DNA of 63,395 nt from positions 292,082,001-292,145,395 of the forward strand of contig NC_091469.1 of assembly GCF_036971445.1 (NCBI RefSeq). Reading direction: 5' to 3'. A model generated the notes under the pieces. The model did no database searches, had not been told where the DNA came from, and saw only the letters and a program-made list of their open reading frames with translations. Positions 52,186 to 62,232 of the stretch are shown in pieces. Source of the stretch: Narcine bancroftii. Its lineage: Eukaryota. How positions within the stretch are numbered: the first letter of the stretch is position 1; every line of letters begins with the position of its first letter. The position numbers and the translations under genes are program-made.

Positions 52186-53160
52186 GCTCCAGGAGGCGCT
52201 CCCTCGCTGCACCAACAGCCACCTGTTCTCGTCACGTGACACCACAGGAGCTTCCCTGGTATTACCGTATGTTTCCTAAATGCCGCGCATCCCTTTGCTC
52301 TGGATGGATGGGGTTGGGGTTATCGAGGGGAAGGTCCAGGGGAACGAGGGAGGGGAAGAGAACCGAGAGAGGGAGGAATGGAGCAGGGACCGAGGAAAAC
52401 ATGAGCATAACGTCTGCGTGCCCGGTTTCAGCATGGACTAGAAGGGCCAAAGGGCCAGTTTCTATGCTATATTGTTCTGGGGTAATGGGTCTAATAAGGT
52501 ATGAACTGGGCACCTGAAGACATTTTGGACAGTACAGGCCCTTCAGCCCTCAATGTTGTGCTGACCCATATATTCCCTAAAAAAAGTTCTAAACCCTCCT
52601 TACCCCGTAACCCTCTATTTTACTTCCATCCTTGTGCCTGTCTAACACTAATGAAGCCCAGCATCCCATGTGCCTTCTTAACTATCCTGTCAACCTGTGT
52701 GGTGACCTTGAGGGATGTATGGATTTGGACCCAAGTCCCCTCTGTTCATCCACATTCTTAAGCAACCTACCATTAACCCTGTACTCAGCCTTCTGGTTAG
52801 TCCTTCCAAAATTCATCACCTCACACTTATCCAGATTGAACTCCAACTGCCACTTCTCCACCCAACTCCACATTCTATCCATCTCCTTTCACAACCTTCA
52901 GTCATCAGGGATCCACACCATCCAGCACATGCTCTATTCTTGCTCCTACCATCAGGAAAGAGTGCCACAATACTCACACCACCAGATTCAGGAACAGCTG
53001 CTCCCCTTCCACCATCAGACTCCTCAACAACAAACTAAATCAGGGATTCATTTAGGGACTTTTATTTGTGCACTTTATTGATTTTTAAACATTCTCTCCA
53101 TATTATACAATGAGTTTGTTTACATTTGTTATGTGTTCACAGTTCTTTGTTTGTTTACAT

Positions 53161-53526
53161 CAGTGGTTCCCAACCTTTTCTTGCAACTCACATACCACTT
53201 TAAGTATTCTCTATGTCATTGGTGCTCTGTGATTAGTAAGGGATTGCTTAAGGTGGTATGTGAGTAGGACGGGAAGGTTGCGAATCACTGCTCAAGACCC
53301 AATTGTTACTAAATATTTTGCTTGGGAAAAATTGTCATTGGCCCATTTCCTTTGGAGTTATGAAACCGTGCACATAACAAGTCAATTAGGCACGATTGGT
53401 TTTCAAATTTATTTCTTTCCACCCACATCCCACCTTAAGCAATCCCTTACTAATCACAAAGGACCAATGGCATAGGGAATACTTAAAGTGGAATATGAAT
53501 TGGAAGAAAAAGGTTGGGAACCACTG
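53161..53526. mobile_element. 366-bp composite hAT MITE
   Basis: TIRs CAGTGGTTCCCAACCTTTT / AAAAGGTTGGGAACCACTG; perfect 8-bp TSD GTTTACAT (53153-53160, 53527-53534). Confidence 0.9.
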
Positions 53527-53737
53527 GTTTACATGTATACACAGTTTATTTTTTACACTACCAGTAAGTCGTAATTCTGCCTGGCTTGCAGGTAAAAGAA
53601 TCTCAGGGTCGTATGTGAATCATGTATGTGCTCTGACAATAAATCTGAGATCTGATCCCTGTTGATGTGCATGGCTCATCACAGTAAGCTACTGGCGAAG
53701 ACTGCACCCCTCTCCCACCCACCGGATGTTGAGTTAC

Positions 53738-53766
53738 TTTGCTGTGGACCACCAGTAAGGGTGCAT
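53738..53766 (-). CDS. SIRT3: SIRT3 candidate exon 1 coding part (MHPYWWSTA+AA)
   Basis: Donor AAA|gtaact at the edge of the CpG island shared with PSMD13. The ATG at 53766 is phase-compatible with the 50909 exon, but the exon may be entirely 5'UTR. Confidence 0.4.
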
Positions 53767-53934
53767 CGTGTCCGGGATCCATTTGCCCCTCTCCTCCCTG
53801 GTTTACAGTAGAGGAGCCTCTGCTGCGCCCAGTGTCCATACGGAGGATTACGGTAGCGCTGCCTTGCGACGCTTATGCCCGGTGGATTACGGTACCGGAA
53901 GCCGGCCCTTCTTTTCCGGGTGGAGTGGGGCGCC
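53767..53934. promoter_or_regulatory. Bidirectional promoter/5'UTR region shared by SIRT3 and PSMD13
   Basis: CpG-rich; ETS/GABP-type CCGGAAG at 53895-53901 plus TTCCGG nearby; duplicated GGATTACGGTA. The head-to-head arrangement is known in mammals. Confidence 0.7.
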
Positions 53935-54035
53935 ATGCGGGATGTCAGCAGTTTCCTCCAGCAGCAGCAGAGCCGGAGCGGCAGCGCCGAGTTGGGGCAG
54001 GAATGGCATGGCATGGAGGAGCTGTACAACAAGAA
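53935..54035 (+). CDS. PSMD13: PSMD13 (26S proteasome lid subunit Rpn9) exon 1
   Basis: gcgccATGC; MRDVSSFLQQQQSRSGSAELGQEWHGMEELYNK+AA|gtgggt (cf. human MKDVPGFLQQSQ...WHRLEELYTKK). Confidence 0.93.
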
Positions 54036-54074
54036 GTGGGTCCGGGTCCCGGGGAGCTGGGACCGGGGGAGGGG

Positions 54075-54567
54075 ACCCAGGGAGTCGGGCCGGGGAGCGG
54101 GGACCCAGGGAGTCGGGCCGGGGAGCGGGGACCCGGGGAGTCGGGCCGGGGAGCGGGGACCCGGGGAGTCGGGCCGGGGAGCGGGGACCCGGGGAGTCGG
54201 GCCGGGGAGCGGGGACCCGGGGAGTCGGGCCGGGGAGCGGGGACCCGGGGAGTCGGGCCGGGGAGCGGGGACCCGGGGAGTCGGGCCGGGGAGCGGGGAC
54301 CCGGGGAGTCGGGCCGGGGAGCGGGGACCCGGGGAGTCGGGCCGGGGAGCGGGGACCCGGGGAGTCGGGCCGGGGAGTCGGGCCGGGGAGCGGGGACCCG
54401 GGGAGTCGGGCCGGGGAGCGGGGACCCGGGGAGTCGGGCCGGGGAGCGGGGACCCGGGGAGTCGGGCCGGGGAGCGGGGACCCGGGGAGTCGGGCCGGGG
54501 AGCGGGGACCCAGGGAGTCGGGCCGGGGAGCGGGGACCCAGGGAGTCGGGCCGGGGAGCGGGGACCG
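54075..54567. repeat. 28-bp G-rich CpG minisatellite, about 17 copies
   Basis: Unit GGGGAGTCGGGCCGGGGAGCGGGGACCC, nearly homogeneous. Confidence 0.95.
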
Positions 54568-54654
54568 GGACCAGGGGTTTGGATGAGGGAGGGGGGCTGG
54601 GGAAAGTAGGATACTGGGGAAGGGGGTTAAGGGGGGGACCTTGGGGTAGAGATT

Positions 54655-55225
54655 TAAGGGGGGGTACCCTGGGGAAGAGGGTTAAGGGGGGTACCCTGGG
54701 GAAGAGAGTTAAGGGGGGGTACCCTGGGGAAGAGAGTTAAGGGGGGGTACCCTGGGGAAGAGAGTTAAGGGGGGGTACCCTGGGGAAGAGAGTTAAGGGG
54801 GGGGTACCCTGGGGAAGAGAGTTAAGGGGGGGTACCCTGGGGAAGAGAGTTAAGGGGGGGTACCCTGGGGAAGAGAGTTAAGGGGGGGTACCCTGGGGAA
54901 GAGAGTTAAGGGGGGGGTACCCTGGGGAAGAGAGTTAAGGGGGGGGTACCCTGGGGAAGAGAGTTAAGGGGGGGCTACCCTGGGGAAGAGAGTTAAGGGG
55001 GGGTACCCTGGGGAAGAGAGTTAAGGGGGGGGTACCCTGGGGAAGAGAGTTAAGGGGGGGTACCCTGGGGAAGAGAGTTAAGGGGGGGGTACCCTGGGGA
55101 AGAGAGTTAAAGGGGGTACCCTGGGGAAGAGAGTTAAAGGGGGTACCCTGGGGAAGAGAGTTAAAGGGGGTACCCTGGGGAAGAGAGTTAAAGGGGGTAC
55201 CCTGGGGAAGAGAGTTAAGGGGGGA
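54655..55225. repeat. 27-29-bp G-rich minisatellite, about 20 copies
   Basis: Unit G(5-8)TACCCTGGGGAAGAGAGTTAA containing the palindrome GGGTACCC. Confidence 0.95.
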
Positions 55226-55582
55226 GTCTGAAGAAGGAGGGTCCTTGGAGAAGAGGGTTAAGTGGTGACCCTGGGGAAGAGGGAGAACCTGAGGAAGGGG
55301 GGGGTGTGGGAGGACGCTGGGGGAGGGGGATGTAAGGGAAGGGGAACCCTGTGGCACAGCTGTGTGTGTGAGGCATGGTGGGGTGTGAAGGAGGGACTGT
55401 GGGGATGGCTGGGAATAGGGGTTGGGAGGGGTGGTGGGGGCTGGGGCATGGTAGGGTCTCTGGGGGAGGGGGTCTCTGCAGCACGGAGAGGGTGACAAGG
55501 GGACATGGCAGGTCCCAGGGTGGGGGCAGCGGCCGGGGCACTTCTGCTGCTGACTGATCCCTGTCACTGATCTGTTGAACAG

Positions 55583-55661
55583 ACTCTGGCACCAGCTCAC
55601 TGTGCAGTTGCAAACCTTTGTCCAAAATCCCTGCTTCGCCACTGGCGATGGTTTAATCAAG
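55583..55661 (+). CDS. PSMD13: PSMD13 exon 2
   Basis: gaacag|A+[26 protein letters not shown]|gtaagc; 79 nt. Confidence 0.95.
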
Positions 55662-55744
55662 GTAAGCAATTTGTTGAAGATGCATTTTATGCCAATTTAC
55701 ATTTGCGATTTCAACTTCTGTAATTTAGATTTTTTCTCTTACAG

Positions 55745-55779
55745 CTGTATGAAAATTTCATTAGTGAATTTGAACACAG
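55745..55779 (+). CDS. PSMD13: PSMD13 exon 3
   Basis: ttacag|[11 protein letters not shown]+AG|gtgagg; 35 nt. Confidence 0.95.
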
Positions 55780-56926
55780 GTGAGGCTTTTAATGAGCTTT
55801 ATACTTTGAAATTTATTGCACTCAGTGGACTCTTCCACCTTCCTCGCGCTGGCAACCTGGCTCACCTCCACGCCAGTGTCCCAGGTCAGGCCCCCAGTGC
55901 ACTTTCCTCACACTGACAACCTGGCTCACTTCCAGGCCAGTGTCCTGGTCAGGCCCTTGGAAGGTGTGGTCACAAAGGCAGGAGGTAATAGGTGGAGAAG
56001 TGAGGGAGGGGACAGCAGCGATCAAGGGGAGGAGGGATGGCTGGGTGAATAGAGAGAGAAAGGGGAGAAGGAGAACTGGAAAAGGGAAGGGGTGGGGGAA
56101 GAGGAGAGCAGGTTAACAGAAACTGGAAAAGTCATTGTTAATGCCATCTGGCGGAGAGTGCCCAAACAGAAATTAAGGTGTCACTCCTCCAATTTGGCTA
56201 CTGGGAGGTCTCTATCACTGGTGCTCAGCGAAGCGATCTCCCATTCTGCATCCAGTCCTTCTGCAGTCTCCTCATTTCCTCAATACTACTTGCTCCTCCA
56301 CCTACCTTCGTATCATCTCCAAACTTGGCCACAGAGCTGTTCATTCCCCAATCTAAATAATTAAATATACAATATAAAAAGAAACGGCCCCAACACCAAC
56401 CCTGGCAGCCAACCAGAATAGATCCCTTCATTCTGACTCTGCTTCCTACCAATCTGCCAATTCTCTACCCATGCTAGTATGTTTCCTGTTATACCATAGG
56501 CCCTTGACTTAAGTAGTCTCATATGTCAAAGGCTTTCTGAAAATCCAAATACTCAACAACCACTGTATCTCCCTTCTCCAGCCTGCTTGTCACTTCTTCA
56601 ACTCAAGCAAGCTTTTCATGTGTTGGGATGTGGATGCAAGAAAAATAGGTGTGAGGTAGGGAAGGGTTGGACTGATGGTGGAGTAGGTTTACATAGGTTG
56701 GCACAACATCATGGGCTGAAGGGTCTGTACTGTGCTGGAATTTTCTATGCTTTTTTAAACTGTGCATATTTATGAGTCTGTGTTCAGACAAGCAAATGTA
56801 TTTCCAAATTCTGTCACTAACGGCTTATAGGAATTCAAGCTCCAAAATGTTTGGAATAAGAGTGAGGGAAAGCTGGGAGTAGGAAAACTTGTTAAATGTT
56901 TCTGCTTTTGCCATGTTCTTTTACAG

Positions 56927-56982
56927 GATTAACCCCCTGTCACTGGTGGAGATTGTTCTACATGTGGTCCGGCAGATGACAG
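56927..56982 (+). CDS. PSMD13: PSMD13 exon 4
   Basis: ttacag|G+INPLSLVEIVLHVVRQMT+G|gtgagc; 56 nt. Confidence 0.95.
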
Positions 56983-58429
56983 GTGAGCGTTTTCTACCCA
57001 GGGGAATGGGAAAAGTCTGTTGTGTCCAGTTGACCTGTCACCGAGAAACTTCACCAATCTAAACTTCTTCCGCCATTGGCAATGTTCTGGGGAATGGGCA
57101 TTCTCAATCCCATGGTCCCTATGTGAGGACATTCCCACCATGGTCCCAGACACCTTAACTGGTTTCTATCCCTTTCCTCTGGATTCCTGTTCAGGAAGTT
57201 GGTTCCTTTATTCACCCTGTCAATTGCGTCCAACACCTAAGACCATTCTTAAATGGTTTACCCTCGGGAACACCCACGCCCTAGTGTGTGCATCACCCTG
57301 TGAGCCCCAGAAATACTGTTAAATCCACATTGTGCCATGCCACAGGCCAGCAACTGATCATTTGTATTCCAGGTGAATTTCTTGCCTTGCTCACCCAGCC
57401 AGGACCTGTTGAACGTTCTAAATGCTAACTGCCCCCATTAACTCAAGACAAGTTTATTGTCATCTGATTGTACAAGTACAGCGCAATCAAACAGTGTTCT
57501 CTGGTCCTCGGTGCAAAACACATAGATGCACAACCCGACAACACACACACAGACAAACAATACATATGCAGGACAAATATTTCATCTATACAAATAAATA
57601 ATTAAATATTACTTTGTACATATGAGGGTCACAGATGGCTAGTGTGAGCAGTTCCTTTGGTCATTCAATGATTACTACTTATTCCCACTGGAACCCTGAC
57701 TCACCCGTCCATATTATTTCTGTTGACCAACCTTCTATCCTGCTTTCTCAAGTATAGTTCTGGTCTTTGGTTTAAAAAGTTAAAGTTGACTCTCTCTGCA
57801 GATGCTACCACATCTGCCAAGTGTTCACAGCATTTTCTACTTTTATTTTAAATTGAGCTTCTGTGGTGTTCAAATTTTTGTTGTAATTGGGCCTGTTGCA
57901 AATTTTGTTTGTTCAGTAATAACAAAGACTCATCAGGTCAGTGGAGACCTGATAATCCTGTATGTGCTCTAAGATGCTGTGATGGCCTGCTCTGTCTGAA
58001 GGGTGGGCTGGGCTGGGCTGTTGGACAAGTCGTCCGATTGTTCTGGCGCACAGATTATAAATCCTCATCTTGCCTTTATACATTTAGAACTGATAATTCC
58101 TGTGCTCTTCCATCCTTCTAAAGCAATCTTGCACTGAATCCACTCTGCACTCACCACTAATCAATTTTCAGGAACAGCTTGGAGACTTTTCTTTCTTTTA
58201 AAATTATTTTTATTGTGTTTTATCATACAATCATACATTATAAATCCATATAAATTAAATATAATAAATGTTTGGATTGGTATCATAGAAATAATAATAC
58301 ATGGACTTGTATTCTAATTTAAACATATAATGAATAGTAAAAAAGAAAAAGAAGGAAAAAGATTGATTGTGAAGCTTGAACCCCATCCACAACCAAAGTT
58401 GAAATTGGTATTCAAGCAGACTTGAAGTC

Positions 58430-60502
58430 ATTTGTATTGAACCAATTAACTAGGCAGGGATGTCCACTATCTCCCTCACTGTTCGCTTTAGCAATAGAAC
58501 CATTGGCAGAACTGATAAGAACAGAAAATAAAATAAAAGGGATAAAAATAAAGGAGAAGGAGTATAAAATCAGTCTATTTGCAGATGACATCATAGTATA
58601 CTTAACAGAACCAGAGATATCAATAAAAGAACTACATAAGAAATTGAAGGAATATGGAGAAATATTGGGATACAAGATCAACGCAAATAAAAGTGAAGCA
58701 ATGCCAATGAGTAATGCAGATTTCACAAAGTTTAAGAAAGAATCACCATTTAAATGGCAAACACAAGCAATCCAATATCTAGGTATTAGATTGGATAACA
58801 ATTTAGGCCACCTGTACAAATTAAATTATCAGCCATTAATGAAGAAATTACAGGATGACGTAGAACATTGGAAAGAATTGCCACTAACACTGATAGGGAG
58901 GGTAAATTGTATTAAAATTAATGTCTTCCCAAGGATACAATACCTATTTCAATCATTACCAATTCCCTTAACAGAGAAATTCTTCAATGAACTAAAGAGA
59001 ATAATAAGGAAATTCTTATGGAAAGGGGGGAAACTGAGGATAGTGTTAGATAAATTAACAGAGTGGTACAAACAGGGTGGTTTGAAGCTACCAAACTTTA
59101 AAAATTATTATAGAGCAGCACAATTAAGGTATCTATCAGATTTTTATCAGACAAAGGAAAAACCAGATTGGACTAAGATAGAGCTAGATAAAATAGGGAA
59201 GAAGGTACCAGAACATGTCCTTTATAAGTGGGATGAAAAACTGGTGCAATATAAAAGTTCACCAGTACTGCATCATTTACTCAACATATGGAAGAAGATT
59301 CACGTAGAAAGGAAAAAACAAATTACCAACTACCAAAATTATTATTGACGCCAAATCAACTAATCCCTTTCACAATAGATCACCTTTCCTTTAGAGAATG
59401 GAAGAGAAAAAGAATAGAAAATTATTTTTTGGGAAATAATTTATTAACATTTGAATAAATGAAGTACAAATATGGAATAACTCATGGTACAATGTTTGCA
59501 TACCACCAACTGAAAACCTACTTAAAGGACAAATTGGGAAGCAGATTGAGATTACCAGAAGGAAGCAGCTTTGAATATGAGATTATAGAAACAACGATAA
59601 TAAAAAGATTTATAACAAACATGTACATCAAGCTGCAAGAGAAGGAAAATGATGAAATAAGCTATAAACCCAAACAAAAGTGAGAAAAAGATTTAAGCAT
59701 AAAGATAAAAAATGAAATATGGGGAACGTTATGCTCTGGAACTATGAAGAATATAATAAACACAAGGTTACACATGATACAGTATAATTGGTTATCACAC
59801 CCCAAAAGTTAAATAAATGGGATCCAACATTATCAGATAGATGTTTTCACTGTAAGAAGGAAATGGGAACAACAGTACATGCAATTTGGGCATGTGAGAA
59901 ATTGAGAAAGTTTTGGGAAGATCTAAATCAGATATTAAATAAAATCACAAAAAGCAACATACCAAAAAATCCAGAGATCTTCTAAGTAATATAAGAAGTA
60001 AAGAATTCGGCCTCAAACTGGATGAAGCCCCAAAAAGATTTATTATGATAACCTGAGCTGTAGCAAAAAATGTATAATGTCAACTTGGAAATCAGAAGAG
60101 AGCCTGAGAGTACAGCAATGGTACATGGAAATGAATAAATGTATTCCATTGGAAAAAATAACATATAATTTAAAAAATAAAGTCGCATTATTTGAACAAA
60201 TTTGGGAACCGTACATGAAACACAACAGAGAGGGCTTGCCTCAGACCTTCACCCCCTAAAATGATAAAATGAGAAGAAGACAAAATAACCTGATCCAGTG
60301 TGTAAAAGTAGGTGACACATTTTTGTTGTTTATTTTCATTGTGTGATGACATTGTTTAGTGGTTTTATTGTATATATGTTGAATGTTTAATGGGTTTGGA
60401 GGGGGGAGAAAATGCCACTGTGTACATTTAAGCAGGAAATGTTTGTGTGTATTTTGATTGATATGGTTCACAGTGTGAAAAATTAAAAATTTAAAAAAAA
60501 AT
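58430..60502 (+). mobile_element. 5'-truncated L1 (related subfamily) in PSMD13 intron 4
   Basis: Colinear with about 11240-13354 (RQGCPLSP...LFADD...3'UTR, A-tail). TSD CAGACTTGAAGTC at 58417-58429 and 60503-60515; several stops and frameshifts. Confidence 0.94.
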
Positions 60503-61187
60503 CAGACTTGAAGTCGAGCATCAGCCCCTGGAGATCTGACAAAGCTAAATTGGGACAAAACCAAAACATAACATGGACAGTTTTCCGTGAGGGAGGATGG
60601 TGACATTAAAGAAAGGCACCTGAGATGCAAGGTGACTAATGAGACAACAAGGTTACAGAGAGAAGCTTGACATAAATCCTATCTTGAGCCATAATATGTG
60701 TAATGGGCGGTATTGGGGCCTGAAAAGAGCAAGTTTCAAATGTTGATGATCCCCAGAAGCAAACAGGTCCCTCCTAATCTGCTGTGTGCAGTTCCTTCAG
60801 ATGCAAAAGGCTGTTTGGCCCTTTGAATGGATGCTAGATTTCTGAGTGTCCCCATTAGTCTATGTTAATTCCTCAACCTATTGTTGAGTCGCCTCACACC
60901 GGTACACCTTATGCAGGGCTGCAGTCTCTGTACTGACCCTTGTCACCTCTCACTGGTGCACCTTGTGTATAGAAAATATTATGTAATAAGTCCTCTGACA
61001 AGGGCAAATATATCGCCCTTGGTCCTTTATTGTGCAGGGACCTGTAATGTGCTGCTGTGGTGTGTTTGTGATGTCCTTTGCAATAGTACTGCATGTAGGA
61101 CTTGGGATGGGTTTTACTTTTCCTAATGAAGCAAAATAGTTTATTGCTATTCCAGGGTACTGGCTCATGTCATTTATTTCATTGCAG

Positions 61188-61231
61188 ATCCTAATGTGGC
61201 TCTGACATTTTTGGAGAAAACAAAAGAAAAG
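61188..61231 (+). CDS. PSMD13: PSMD13 exon 5
   Basis: ttgcag|AT+PNVALTFLEKTKEK|gttagt; 44 nt. Confidence 0.94.
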
Positions 61232-61312
61232 GTTAGTGTTCTGATTTCTTTTGCCTTTGTTCTACCAGGTTTAATTTCATTTAATTTAGATTACTCACAT
61301 TTGTTTATTTAG

Positions 61313-61399
61313 GTCAAATCCAGCGATGAGGCCGTAATTCTCTGCAAAACTGCAATTGGTGCGCTGAAATTGAATGTGGGCGATCTCCCAGTGACAAAG
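61313..61399 (+). CDS. PSMD13: PSMD13 exon 6 (gene continues beyond the window)
   Basis: atttag|[29 protein letters not shown]|gtagag; 87 nt. Confidence 0.95.
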
Positions 61400-62001
61400 G
61401 TAGAGTTAAAAGAATATTTTGTTCACTGATAGACCAGAAAGCAGTGAGATTAAACAGCGTCCTACCAGGAAGGGTGAAGGAAGTGATTTGAGCAAGTTAT
61501 TGAACTGTTTGACCCTCTACAACAATGTTCCCAGAATCATCTACAGCAGATACTTCCTTCAGAGGATCTACTCGAACACCTGTCATGTGGATGAACGTGC
61601 GGATAAACCATGCAGCTTCCCCCTGAAGTCAGTGGGAAGATTGGGTACCTAATAGCACTGACAACACCTTTGTTACCTTGGTAAAGATTGAGCTGAAGGC
61701 TGCTGATTGGCTTCACACGAAATTGGACAGGATTGGGGGTGAAAACACGAGCGTACAATGAGAATCATCTGAGGGTATATGGATGGAACTCTGGACTAGG
61801 AAAGGTTCAAGTTTATGATCATACAATTGTAAAGTACAACTGGATGAAACAACATTCTTCAGTCCTTGTTTTAAAAACATGCAAACACACAGACATAAAA
61901 CACGTATTTACAAGTGATTACAGTTATATGTATGACTTGTATAAATATAAATAAATATTGTTAAATAGCATCTCAGAGGGTTAGTCTGAGCAGTTCATCA
62001 G

Positions 62002-62232
62002 TGTAGAGCGCGTCGAAAGAATCAAAGGCTTGTTGATCCAAACCAAGGCTTTTATTAACTAGAAGACTGGAGCATATCACATGTAGGTTGACCAGTCCAG
62101 AATGACTTGGTCTGGCTAGGAGCAATCCTTTAAGACTTGCCAATAGATGTGGCTATGCTCTCAGCCAATCATAGTCATCCTACACTACAATTTGTACATA
62201 TACACATTGGTGATAGAATCTGTACTATCACA
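62002..62232 (-). repeat. 3' LTR (231 bp)
   Basis: Minus strand begins TGTGATAG and ends CTCTACA; contains ATTGG boxes and AATAAA; directly follows the PPT. Confidence 0.88.

Noticed and set aside
53739-54740. Long Gly/Arg/Pro-rich ORFs (333, 272 and 244 aa) resembling collagen-like proteins
   Set aside because: All three frames are open only because the 28-bp unit lacks stop codons; the real coding part is PSMD13 exon 1, ending at the donor at 54035.
54935-55669. 244-aa Pro-rich minus-strand ORF
   Set aside because: Translation of the second minisatellite and G-rich intron; no domain signature.
20358-61400. Minor-spliceosome (U12) introns
   Set aside because: All reconstructed donors are ordinary GT(A/G/T) U2-type; none has the RTATCCT signature.
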